DNA from: Podarcis gaigeae
Taxonomy: Eukaryota
NCBI GenBank assembly: GCA_964106915.2
Contig: OZ066919.1
DNA length: 64,000 nucleotides
Reading direction: 5' to 3' (one strand)
Shown: positions 52,150-64,000 of the stretch, piece by piece
Numbering within the stretch: the first letter of the stretch is position 1
How the letters are laid out: every line of letters begins with the position of its first letter
The notes under the pieces: generated by a model
Told to the model about the DNA's origin: nothing
The model's input: only the letters and a program-made list of their open reading frames with translations
Database searches by the model: none
Translations under genes and position numbers: made by a program

Positions 52150-52212
52150 CCTTGGCTTTTTGCTCTGGTTCAGGTAGGAGCGGCGTGGGATGGCTGGCAG
52201 ATCTGAGAGCAT
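52150..52212 (-). CDS. Candidate alternative first coding exon MLSDLPAIPRRSYLNQSKKPR (unknown gene)
   Basis: gccATG Kozak context, 21 codons with vertebrate-like C/G-ending bias, phase-0 donor AGG|gtaaat, inside a CpG-enriched non-repeat segment. Confidence 0.3.
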
Positions 52213-52297
52213 GGCACGCCCCAGCGGGCAAAGCGCGCAGTGCGGAGGAATGCGAGAGTCAGTTTGGAGTGCTCTCCATTTATCAAACTCATGCAGC

Positions 52298-52453
52298 NNN
52301 NNNNNNNNNNNNNNNNNNNNNNNNNNNNNNNNNNNNNNNNNNNNNNNNNNNNNNNNNNNNNNNNNNNNNNNNNNNNNNNNNNNNNNNNNNNNNNNNNNNN
52401 NNNNNNNNNNNNNNNNNNNNNNNNNNNNNNNNNNNNNNNNNNNNNNNNNNNNN
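52298..52453. other. Assembly gap
   Basis: Run of N, flanked by GA repeat. Confidence 1.
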
Positions 52454-52900
52454 GAGAGAGCCAGAGCAACTCCAGATAATAAAGAGAACCAAGAAAGGGG
52501 AAAGGAGAAAAAAAAAAAGCGAAGAAAGAAAGAGAAAAGAAAAGAAAAGATATCTGACCTGACTCTGCCATCTACCTTAACAGAACCTCAACGAGAGCCG
52601 GCCCAGCAGAGCTTTAGAGAATGTAAAACATTGCTCAAAAGAGAGAGGGCTCGTTAGCAGCCGGGTGTTTGGCTGGAATCCTTTTCACTTCCAGCTTCGC
52701 TTTAGGTCGTAAGTGGTAATAAGTTTGTTGGTTTCTATTGCAGCTTCCCAATCTGCTCCCTTTAAGGGGAGATTTCCAGCGCATGCTCGTTTTTTCTTTT
52801 GCACAACCAGCCAGCCGTCCGTAGCCTTGCAGTAGCCTCGCACAGGATGCCACAGGTCAGGATGAAGATGTGTTAGAAGCCCAGAACTTGAGGAAACTGA
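52454..52900 (-). promoter_or_regulatory. Candidate internal promoter / 5' UTR
   Basis: Local CpG retention outside any recognisable repeat; pyrimidine tracts on minus strand upstream of the candidate exon. Confidence 0.3.
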
Positions 52901-55014
52901 TGTTTCAGGTGGTCTTTTTCTGGTAGCAAAGGACCAGATAAGAAGGGACGCCAAGCATCAGCATGGAGGGGCACCAGCAGAGGAGACAGTGCCTGCATGA
53001 AGCCCAAGCAGCTGACGTCAGAATGATTACACCCCTCTAATGCATACTGTTGTTACTTGTCTCCTTCTGTCAGAATAGGGCACTCCAAGAGGACAGAATA
53101 TTGAAGAGGCTATTCCAAGCAGCTAGGATTAATGAAAAATAGTGCCTTCGTTTTGTAATGAGTATTAATAAATAAGAGAGCATCTAAGAAATACTAAAGG
53201 AATAAAGTCTTTTGGGCTCAGTGCAGGAAGTACAATATCCCAATGGTCTGGTATTGCTGGGCTACAATGCTCATGTTCAACTGCATTCACACAAGCCTTG
53301 CAATTAGTTACCCATGAAAAGTGATTATCTATTGGATTTGATATTTATATACTTGGGTCTATTTGACCCCAAACCAACCCAATACCAACTAGTAAGCAAG
53401 TGACTAGCTTTGCCAATGAGAAACAAGAAAGAGGTGTCAGCACACTAGGGGGAACCCTGAGGTTTGCAAACATAGGTGGCTTTAACACGAGGTTTAAAAA
53501 CATACGGAAGGGGCCCCAAAAACAACCCAATGAGGACTGCTTTCTCTCTCACCTTCAGTTTCCCCTTGTTCAAATAAGGGAAATTGCGGGAAGGAAGAAA
53601 AGAAATAATAGAATATATCCTAAAATTAATGTCAGGAAAAATTAAGGTTGTAATGTGTTATGCATAGTTAAGATGTAGGCAAATAAGTCTTTCCACTGAA
53701 GGTTCAATTCCTTTCCTGTTCTCTCCCTGTTAATTAAGATCATTAAGGCATATATATCTTCTTGCTGCGATGGTGCCCAAACCACTTTCCCCTGGAAAAA
53801 AGATGGAAACCATTGACATTGACTAGAGCAGTCTCTACGCAGTAAACTGTGATGTTATATGCCTACTCTAAAGCATCTGGAACTGGACACTGTTAGAAAT
53901 AATATAGCTATAATACTGGGCTAGATGGGCCATTGGTTTGACCCCCAAAAGATTGTTCTTATATTATGCACTGCTCCACTGATGTTTTAATAGTCTTTCA
54001 TATCTCATCCCATTAACTATCCTGCCCCTGCTTAAATCCCTCAAAAAGCCTCATCTCGATCCTGTGCCTAACCTCCCTCTGTCTGCAAGGACCTTGGGTG
54101 TGCACTGCTTCATGCATCATGAGGTACAGAGCTAACACAGCATGTGCCAAATCACATCTACCACAGGTGGATTTTAATGCCATGTTAAATGTTGAGGCAG
54201 GATACTGCCCCCTTTCAGATACTGCCGCTTCCAAAAAATAAAAATAAAAAAATCCCCCACAGAAGGCTAGGGTGGCTTTTAAAAAACTATTCTATATTAC
54301 TTCAAGCTTTGAAGTACAGAGAATAGCAACACTCACATGCGGGTTGATTTTTCTTTTTAAATGCTGCCTTTATCAGAATAAATCTTTTCCTCCTCTGTAT
54401 CACTGGAGATAGATAATCAAGTCAAAAAAGAAAGTCTCTTCTAACAATAGATTTCTTTTTCTTTCTGAACTTCAAATGGGAAACTCTTATCTCCAGCCAC
54501 AGTTGACCAAGAGAAGAAAAGAACAGAACACACAGGCACACTCACCAAACCTTCCATTTACTCCAAAGGCCATGCTAACTCCACATACCCGCACCACTTC
54601 CCCCTCTGCTTAACAGAGAGAGGCATTCAGAACATTTTATAGGACGTATTTACTCACTAGAAACACTCTTGAAACAGAATGCTCCTTTTTGCTCAGAAGA
54701 TGAACTTTGGTCTCTAAAATGGTATCTCGCCAGGTAAGTGTAGCTGCTCTGAGCATGAGAGATTTTCAAAGACATCTTCCATACCCAATCCTCTGTGACC
54801 AGCACTGTGAGCTTCCCAAAGGTATCTGGGGATCCAGCTTTGGGAAATGTTCCCATTTTTTCCAGTTCTTCATTGCCAGGTATATCTGGGGGACTCCTTT
54901 TGTTCCCATACAAAACCATTGTGGCCTTTAACCCTTTGAATTATCACTGGAGGTTACAAATCTCCTTAGGAAAATCATGGGGGGTTTCATAAGGCACTGA
55001 TTTTGAGAAACATA

Positions 55015-55365
55015 GGGGCGCGGGTGGCGCTGTGGGTAAAACCTCAGTGCCTAGGACTTGCTGATCGTATGGTTGGTGGTTCGAATCCTCGCGGCGGGGT
55101 GAGCTCCCATCTTTCGGTCTCAGCTCCTTCCCACCTAGCAGTTCAAAAGCACTCCTAAGTGCAAGTAGATAAATACGGACCGCTTTATAACGGGAAGGTA
55201 AACGGCGTTCCGTGTGCTGCGCTGGCTCGCCAGAGGCAACTTCGTCACGCTGGCCACGTGACCCAGAAGTGTCTTCGGACAGCGCTGGCTCCTGGCCTCT
55301 TGAGCGAGATGAGCGCGCAACCCTAGAGTCGGACACAACTGGCCCGTACGGGCAGGGGTACCTTT
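55015..55365 (+). mobile_element. Sauria SINE, young subfamily
   Basis: Closely similar to 43079-43423; ends ggcccgtacgggcaggggtaccttt. Confidence 0.95.
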
Positions 55366-55949
55366 TAGGGCGAACCTACACTTAGCTTTTGCCCCGCTAT
55401 TTTCAGGCACAGGCCCTTGCTTAAAAACTCTGAGTCCGAGCCTTTGTTTGTTTCTGCCCGAAGCTTGTTTGTTTGTTTTTCTGTCTGTTTTTGCCTTGCT
55501 CTTTAGCACTCAATTGGAGCAAACCTCAATTCGAGTTTGAGCTTTAAAGAGCAGGTTTTCTGAGAGAAAGCTCCAGAACAAATGGGGGAGGGCACCTCTC
55601 TCCGATTAAAAAAAAAATCAGATATAAGTAGTTTAAGCCAGTGAAAATATGAGCATATACAGCTACTAGCCCAGAAAAAATACAATCCCAAAACAAAATA
55701 CTACAATTTCCTTTGTAATTTGTTCAAAATATCAATTATTCTACTAATGTCTATGGAAACACCATGTCTATGGCTTTCTCTGAGGAATCTGCATTAGAAC
55801 AGTCTCAGAAGCCTCCCTCTCACATGGGATGATCTATCATACAAGGTAGCCTCACTTCAAGCTGCCTGATGACTGATGTTCCACTAGCAGCGTGTTGGGA
55901 TTGGCTGAGCACCCAGACAAATGCTCTATAATCCCTTTTTTCCTCTCCT

Positions 55950-56110
55950 CCTCTGCCAATGTCTCCCATGAGAGGTGTGATGATAGACGGTGACATAACT
56001 GACTGTTCCCAATCAAGGTAATGTAAGTAATGACAGCTGACGTGATTCCTGGAACGTGTTTCCAGCGGTCGGCCTATCTGCTTTGCCTACTATAGCAGAA
56101 CATGGCAGCG
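55950..56110. promoter_or_regulatory. Candidate signal-responsive enhancer
   Basis: TGACAG, CAGCTG, TGACGT and STAT GAS TTCCTGGAA (56046-56054) within about 25 bp. Confidence 0.35.
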
Positions 56111-57016
56111 TGTACGGAAAGGGGGGAAGCGGGGGAAGAACCTTAGCACAGGTCTTAAAAAAGTTAAAGAGTGCCTACTGGAAGCTCTAAACCGAAAAAC
56201 TGCATCAAAACCAGAAGTACCACAAAGGCCCCATTAACACATAATCTGCCCCAGGAAAGAACTCCAATAACCTAAACTCCTCTCATGCTTTGGTGGGAGT
56301 CCAAGAGGTGAAATTGTGTGACTAAGTGGTACCCACAGTCATGGTGACATGAACACCTGCTACTTGAAAACCTCCAAGCTCAGAATGGCTTCATATGTTA
56401 CAGAAAAATGTGCCGGCAGGGAAGCAGAGATGTGGGGAATACGTGTCTGATTTCCACAGTTCATTCAGGCTCTGAAGCAGCAGTCCACAAATCTTGGCTG
56501 ACATTATTAGTGACCATTCCCAGCCCTACGACTCCCCTGAGTTTTCTGCCATACACAAAAGGATCTATGGGTAAAGAGCAGTGGTCTTCTCCCTTTGCAC
56601 CAAGCTGGGAGACACCCCAAAGCAGTAACAATATATTTGAACCCTGCAATCCAAATCCAAGCCCAGTACAGAGGCCTGGAGGAAAGGGAGGGGTTAATGT
56701 CTCACTCCACAACAGGCAAAAAGCGCTTCCCCCAAAGGTGAGAGAGACTTCCCCACCCCACCCCATGGCATAAAGGAAGGTGACTGGGCTGCAATTCTAG
56801 TGGCTTTGGTTTGATAGGCAATGAGTCATGTGCAACTCTGGGGATGTCTGTTGAGTCTGCAAACCATAAAGGCGGCAGCAAAAGCTGGCTGCTGTAGCTA
56901 ACTTGATCTTAAAATTACACAATTGCTGCTGCACCTTATCCTCATATAGCTTGGGGTTAGTGAGCCTGTCAAAGCAACAGCAGGGAGGAGGAATGTGAAT
57001 ATTTTCAGACAACAAA

Positions 57017-57620
57017 TGTCATGGATGGGTTGGACACAGAGGAATGGTGGGAGGAACCAGCCAGGGTACCACCAAGGGAAGGAGGCAGCTCAGAGCCCGG
57101 AGAGTGGTGATGGGATGACAGTGAGTGATTGGAGGGAGAAGACTGGGAAGAAGAAGTGTCGGGAACTGAAGGGGTAACAAGGCTTAGTGAGCTGGGGGAG
57201 TCTGTGGCAGAGGCAGAAGCTGAAGCAGGCAAGTGGAAAGAGGGAGGCCAAGAGGCAGAAATGAGTCAGGCTGGTGAAGAGTCATGAGAGTCTCCGCCTC
57301 CTGCTGCAACTATTTCCCCTCACCACTTGTCTTCCAGAACCAGAAGAGGCATGAAAAGTGTTGAGGAAAGGTTGGCTGCACACAGGAGCAGTCTTTGATT
57401 GCTTGGGGAAAGCCCTGGAATGGAGTGGAATCACAGGCTGTGAGGAGGTGAGGAATTACAGCCTTGGCAACTGATTTTCATGGAGTGAGACCACTATGAA
57501 TGAGCTGATGTGCTCATTAGGCCTGACACTCAGCCAGATCTGTGAAATCGTGTTTCTGTTAATAAAGAGTTAACTCCAACTTTGAACTGTGTGATTATTG
57601 ACCAGCACATTGCTATGACA
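57017..57620 (+). mobile_element. Solo LTR (Gypsy/ERV-like), 604 bp
   Basis: TGTCAT...ATGACA inverted termini, AATAAA near 57561, near-TSD ACAAA/ACTAA. Confidence 0.75.
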
Positions 57621-57629
57621 ACTAACAAT

Positions 57630-57900
57630 GTAGGCCCAAATACCTGAAAGACTACCTCCTTCCCTACAGGCCCTCCTGGGTGTTAACGTTGGGGGGGGCG
57701 TTGTCTCAGAAGTTCAAGTGGAGGTGCCCTGGGAGAGGGCATTTTTCATGGCATTCCCTCTCCACTTATATTGCCTTTGACACCCACCATATATGTACAT
57801 TGTTTAACTTATTTTAATACAGTATATTTATATTGTTATAATCTGCCCTGGAACCTTGTGGTAATGCTTGAGCAAGAAATCCAATAAAACTAACAACAAC
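57630..57900 (+). mobile_element. Old L2-like 3' remnant
   Basis: GPKYLKDYLLPY-like start, gagagggcattt, (AAC) tail. Confidence 0.45.
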
Positions 57901-60248
57901 AAGTTAGCTTGCATAATTCACATGGCGACAATCCATGGAAAGTATAATTCAACATAAATATATAGTCCACTCTTAGTTGCCTGTTAAATAACAAATGAAG
58001 TATGCAACCAATTGGTGTCTACCCACAAGAAAAGCCAACATAAATTATTGGGAGTAGTGAGCATTGTGTGCATACTGAATTTATACAAACACACAGCATA
58101 AAGAACCTGAATTTTGGAACAATGCTAATTTTAAGAGCAACACATTGGTAGCCATCATGGTTAAGAGAAAAAAATGCAAAAATACTATCGCAAAGGGCTC
58201 TGAATGGTAAGAAGGCAAGGCTCCTGACATTTAAAACCTCGTTGTCTTTCCTCATATGTTCCTTGGACAAGGCTGTCCTACCACATAATTACCCCCAGCT
58301 TCACCTCATTTCTTACCCTCCACACCACCAATTCCTTTCATACAGTTGGAATTCTGCAAAAACCAAAATCTTGCAATCAGTATGAAAATAAGTTTATTTC
58401 CTGCCAACTAGCACCGTTTAGTCACTGGGCAGAATTCAAATTTCTTAGGATGAAATGAAAGCATAATGTGTGCCCAGGAATATGGTCCAGTGGGGCAGAG
58501 GGATACCATATTTCTCGCTCGGAGTTCAGCCAAGTCATTGGTCTGCCCAGTCTCTTCAAAAAAAGTCTAGCAAATATACCATGTGATTTAATGTCTGCAG
58601 CGTTCCAAAGGAGAAGATAATGGTCTGGATTCAACTAAATAGTTACACTAGCGGGAGCCTGCACAATGGGGTTCCCCCTCTCCCCTCATAGCTCTTGGGG
58701 GTCAGGAGAACACCCAGAACAGTGCAAGCAAATAAGAAAGGCAAGTGAGTTTGCTTGCCTGATGAAACAGCAATGCTTGCACTGGCAGAGCAATCTCCTT
58801 AGCGCAACTTTCAAATCCACTAAAACTATAAAGCCCAAGTATAGGCATCAGAGGACTGGAGTTCTACTCCTAAATCTATCGTTAAACTTTCCGAGTCTCA
58901 GTGGAAAATATTTAATATCAGTTTTAGCTCCCTCGCTATAAAGTTTGTTTCTAATATTAACAAATGCAAAACACTTGGAACCCCTGGATTGGGAAGGACT
59001 AGGGAAGTCAAAAGGTTATGTGGACTATTTAATTTCTTTCTGCACTGGAAAGCTATGGAAATTTGTATGGGAACATAGTGAAAATATCAGTAAGTATTTG
59101 AAAGTATGTAATACAGAATAATCTGAGCAGTTTTTAATTTAAAGACAAATAGGTAAGAGAAGTTCTATTAATAATAGAATATCAGCAAATACAAGAGGGT
59201 TGGTCCAGTTAGTGCTGACCAAGGAGAACTAAACTCACTCTCCCTCCTTGGGCACATCCATGGAAGAACCCTTACAAAGTTGCAAGTTGCTCATCGTATC
59301 TCACCCAGAAAAAAAATTGCATGGAACGTGCCATCATTTACCTCTTGCGCTATTGCTCAGCAGAGCTAATAAATCTTGCATGAGCAGAGCAGATTGTAAT
59401 TTTCTAATATGAAAAGGCATTTGGATTGAAAGAGGGAGGGAAAGATAAAAGTGATTGAATCCCAAGTAGCCCAGGGTCAGTGACAAGACACTCCCAAGAA
59501 GCATGGCTCCCTCTTCTCTCTCAAGCTTTTCATACATCCATTTCTCCCTGCTCTCCACATGTTCTGTCTTAACTTCCCTTATTGACAGCACTTTGCTTTA
59601 AATGGTTACACAAGTTATCATTTTCCCCTTCTGATCAATCTGAATTTTCAGGGCAATTACCCTCTTAATCAATTATTGCCACCCAAAGCCCCTCAGATTC
59701 TTCCTCAGCCAAGCAGTTACACCTCTCTGGTGCAGACAGTACACACAGAAGCAATGAAGCTGGGGGCAACGCCAGCACAGGCAAGTCCATCTTACACAGA
59801 CACACCTGCCTGCTGCAAGACTGGAAAAGTGTGAAGGCCACTTCAAGGAACACCTGATGAAAAGAAATGAGCATGTGTAGGTGGAAGGCCATTAGAGAAG
59901 GAAAGCAATATGTAAGGATCCACAAGTAAAGGGGGGAACCAATCGCCTAGCTGGAGAGTAAACAAATTTATGCAGCCAGGCTGCCTGTAGACCATGAAGA
60001 AGCTACATGATTAAGGACTGCTTAATCCCTAGAAAGGCAAATAAAGAGCCACAATATTTGACAAGGCCCAAAATCAGCAGTCCAACTGCTTCAGTACGTG
60101 TCCATATTACAACAAAACCCATATTAACCACACCGCTACTCAACTGACTTCTGGCAGCTTTGTTATGACACAATAAATGTGAGTTGAACTCAAGTCCAGG
60201 ACAATGCTGCACAGACCCTCTCAACCCACATCCACAATAAACCTAGTA

Positions 60249-60490
60249 CAGTGGTACCTCGGGTTACATACGCTTCAGGTTACATACACTTCAGGTTACA
60301 GACTCCTCTAATCCAGAAATAGTACCTCAGGTTTAGAACTTTGCTTCAGGATGAGAACAGAAATCGTGCTCTGGCGGCACAGCAGCAGCGGGAGGCCCCA
60401 TTAGCTAAAGTGGTGCTTCGGGTTAAGAACAGTTTCAGGTTAAGAATGGACCTCTGGAACGAATTAGGTTCTTAACCCGAGATACCACTG
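60249..60490. mobile_element. Tc1/mariner-type MITE, TA TSD
   Basis: TA|cagtggtacctcgggtta ... taacccgagataccactg|TA. Confidence 0.92.
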
Positions 60491-63400
60491 TATGTCTTAA
60501 GAATCTGCAAATGTGCAAATTTCGTACAAGAATCTGGTACATTTCCTGTTAATGGCAAAATTCCACTTTAGTAACTCTTAAAATATAAAATTTGTTGGCT
60601 AGAATTGTTTGATTAAGCAATTGTTCTGGCTTAAATCACACTGATTGCAGAAAGCAACCTCTCTCAAAATGTGCTGTTGTTTTTTTTATCAAGGATACAG
60701 ATTCCAACTACTCTTTCTGAATTTGTTGTGCTACATTCTTTTTCAACTAAAGCTCAGAAAGATTAAGTTATGCCAGGAAGATTTTACTGAGTAAACACAA
60801 TCCTGTTCCAATGTGGAATTTTGTATACACTCTTTGGTCCTATAGAATCTAGAAAAGTAGAAGAAATCTTGTGGAATCTGCTTCAACTGCTCCTACTATC
60901 CCCAAGTTCACTTTAGAGGCAACACCATCAACATTTTGAGAAGGACAGCCGGTGTTCTATAATGCTAGTGCTAATAGTGCTAACAGATTTTTTCCAGGTG
61001 CTGCAAGGTCTTTGCCAATCTGACCCACAAGATAACATGATAGATCCCTGGAAGCCAGCTGTGACATGCGTACCACGCATTTTGAAGTTAAAAATGCTTG
61101 TATGAATTTCAACGTGATCTCTGCTTTATGTGCAAGTCCATGAGTGAAAACACCCAGAGCACCATCTAGTCTTGTTTTCAGTTGTGGAGGATCAATGTTG
61201 TTGACAAGGTGCTTGGAGAACTGCAATTAACCTGTTTGCTTGCCCCTTGCCCCTCCAAGATTTTAACATCAAATGGTAGAGGATTGGCCAGCTGAATCCA
61301 GGAAGTTATAAGTGTCTCAGCCGCATTTAAAGAGAGGGTCATAAGGCCACTCTTGAAAAAATCCCCTCTAGGCCTCTCAGTATGATTTCAGTTATAAGTT
61401 AATCATAAATATTCCCTTTTGGGACAAGGTACTCAAACAGACAATAACATAAGAAGAGTCCTCCTGGTTTCAGGAAGCTCATCTTCTCCAGTATCCTGCT
61501 CTCACAGTGGCCAACCAGATGCCTATGGGAAGCCTCCAAGAAGATCCTGAGTGAAACAGCAGAACATAGCCAGCATGGGTAATAGTGAGTGACAGTCTCA
61601 GTGGATCTGATTTGATTTAACATTATATTATGTTTTCCCCAAAACAAATACTGAACCCAAAGCGGCTCACAATATTCACAGTAGAATCAAAACAAACACA
61701 TTGCAATCACTCTATCAAACACAATACCATATAAATAAAACAAGCAGCAGCAACAAATTCACCAAAACAATTTATACAATTCAGTAACTCCAGACAGTTT
61801 TGGATGACAATGATTCCAGCCCAGTTTTGGCATTTAAAAGTGAAGCTCACCTTCATGTGCCTCCTTTACAAGAAGAGAGAAGAGCTTTTTTTAGCACTAC
61901 AGCCCACATAATATTCTACCTGGAGCCAACATTTACATTTTTTGGCACCAGGCAAAAATGTTTTTGCTGAATCATGCATTTTTAACTGCTGGAAATGAAT
62001 TTTGTAAATTTTATTCATTGTTTTATTATTGTATTTTGCTATGAGTATTGATTGTGCAGTGCCCTGAAATCCAAAAGGGTGAAGAGGAGAATAAAAATGC
62101 TTTAAATGAACAACTCTCCTGGTACTTTTTGTAGCTTTCAGCACTATCAGCCACGATATCCTTCTTGCTTGGCTACATGAGATGTGCACTGGGGACATTG
62201 GGCCACAGTGGTTCCATCCATACCTAGGTGGCCATTTCCAGAAAGTGATATTGAGGGACTACTACTCTGCCCCGTGGCATTTACGGCAGGGTTCCACTCC
62301 AAGTTCTATTGAAAACTACTGAGCAAGTTCATCCAGGGATTTGGGGGTGTAATGTCATTAATATGCTGAGGCTCAAAAGTGTCCTATATCTGCCTAAAAA
62401 TAAATGCATATATAAACGTATAACATTCAGAAGTAGCTGGATGGAGAATTCCCTACATGCCATTCAAAGTTGCTGATAAACTAACAAACTGCCAAGGTTT
62501 TTAATTAAGTTCTTCATAACTGAACAGTTCACTTTCCATTCTATGGGTTACACAGGAAATCCATGCTCAACCCTCCTTCCCACCACCCATTCTTTATGGG
62601 TCCTGCTTCTCCAGATGCACTTTGAAATATAAATCGTGCCCTTCTTCACATAGAAAAATACCTAGGATCCCTGGAATCTTCATTTTAAAGGTTTTTGGTA
62701 GCAGGTGTCCGCTTGAAGACCCACTATCACTGGGCCAGATAGTCCAAGTGTCTTGACTCCAATTATAAAGACAACTTTGGAAGATTTCAGATTAGTGCTT
62801 GAAGGGTAAACAAGCATGTAAGACATAAACATTAAGACAGCCATCCTGAAGTAGCAGTATTCTCAAATGGCAAATATATTTCACCCTTAATTTAGGTAAC
62901 TTTGAGGATGATGCTCCTGCAGAAGGAGCACTGGCTTCACCCATCAGGCTGGCAGCCAAAAGGTGCCTGCAGAGACCGGAGAGCCTGGAAGGGCCAGCAT
63001 GTCAGCAGGCCAGTCGCCGGCAAAATGCCTGACTGATGGCCCTGTGCTTCACTAGCTATTTTACATGGAGCATGGCTGATCAAAGCTATCCCCACTGTGT
63101 ACTATGGAGCAATAAAAATAAAAAAACCCACAGGAAGAATTCCTTAGGCAGGTAATGGGCACTTTATTCCTTTTTATGGCACTAAACATAGGCAGCTGGC
63201 ATAATTACACTACAATAAAGGCATAATGTGCACCCAGCAGAACGAATGCGAGGCTTCTGATAATTAGGCAGAGCAAACAGTCTGGGATTCAACCACATGG
63301 TTTTACTTGGTCTCCTGGATCTGTCTGAGCCCAATTCCCAAAGCAGGCCAAGTCTGTCCCCCATGAAATCTTAACCCAGCTCAACTTTTTCCTGGCTAGG

Positions 63401-63894
63401 ATTGCTCTCTTTATTATTGCTTGTTTCTCCAATCTCACAAGATAAGAAGCACAGCCCCAGCTAGGATCCCGTAGCTCTACTAACAGAAATGTATCAATTC
63501 AAAAGAATATATGGAACCTAGATGGTAACACAGAGTTGTGCCTTGGGTCTCTGTACTGACATTGGTATAAACTTCTTTTTGGACAGCTGTATGCACCCAG
63601 CTCTGAGCAGGTTATAAAACAATACAGCAAAGAGCAAATGTTGTACTGTCAATCACTGTCCAACTACTTATACGACAGAAATGGGGATCAATGAGAATAA
63701 TACATGTTTGAGGGTGACTTGCTTTGAGAACCATGCCAGACACCCAGGATCTGTTGGTACTAAGGACTAACCTATAGGTTCTGAAACAAAAAAATTGAAG
63801 AATGGAAAAAGATAACATCAGGAGCCTTCAGAGCTATAGAATTCTCCTACTACCCCACAAATAGCAATTCCTCAGGTGTCAGGGTCTAATTAAG

Positions 63895-63931
63895 AATGAT
63901 GATGATGATGATGATGATGGTGATGATGATA
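63895..63931 (+). repeat. (GAT)n microsatellite
   Basis: Direct observation. Confidence 0.95.
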
Positions 63932-64000
63932 CCACCTTGCTGGACAGGTTTATAATCTTAAGCACTGACAACATGCAGCTGAAATCTAGGAGAGTAGCAA

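Noticed and set aside
51753-52657. Long ORFs (269 aa, 155 aa, 133 aa)
   Set aside because: Length is inflated by reading through the N gap and A-rich low-complexity sequence; no recognisable domain
1-64000. CRISPR array, operon or prokaryotic defence system
   Set aside because: Vertebrate repeat landscape; no regularly spaced direct repeats with unique spacers and no gene-dense ORFs

Overview
Eukaryotic, essentially non-coding DNA from a squamate reptile, most likely a lacertid lizard. The evidence is several Sauria SINE copies, including a young subfamily, plus the usual squamate CR1/L2/RTE LINE fragments and hAT/Tc1-mariner MITEs. I recognise no host protein-coding gene, tRNA, rRNA or CRISPR feature. 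The ORFs I can assign to known protein families are all decayed retroelement proteins (CR1 ORF1 esterase, CR1 endonuclease/RT, L2 RT, RTE C-terminus); the rest look like chance. Between the repeats lie a dozen or more repeat-free blocks rich in homeodomain/POU/TALE/TCF motifs. They look like conserved non-coding enhancers, so the window is probably a large intron or flank of a developmental locus that I cannot name. The + strand appears A/C-rich by eye (not computed), which would fit transcription of the minus strand. The best lead for something undescribed is a CpG-enriched minus-strand segment at about 52.0-52.9 kb. It holds a Kozak ATG, 21 coding-like codons and a phase-0 donor, and may be an alternative first exon; it could splice to a strong acceptor at 49128 to give a 50-aa product. 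This is a hypothesis only. There are two assembly gaps (43424-43566 and 52298-52453).
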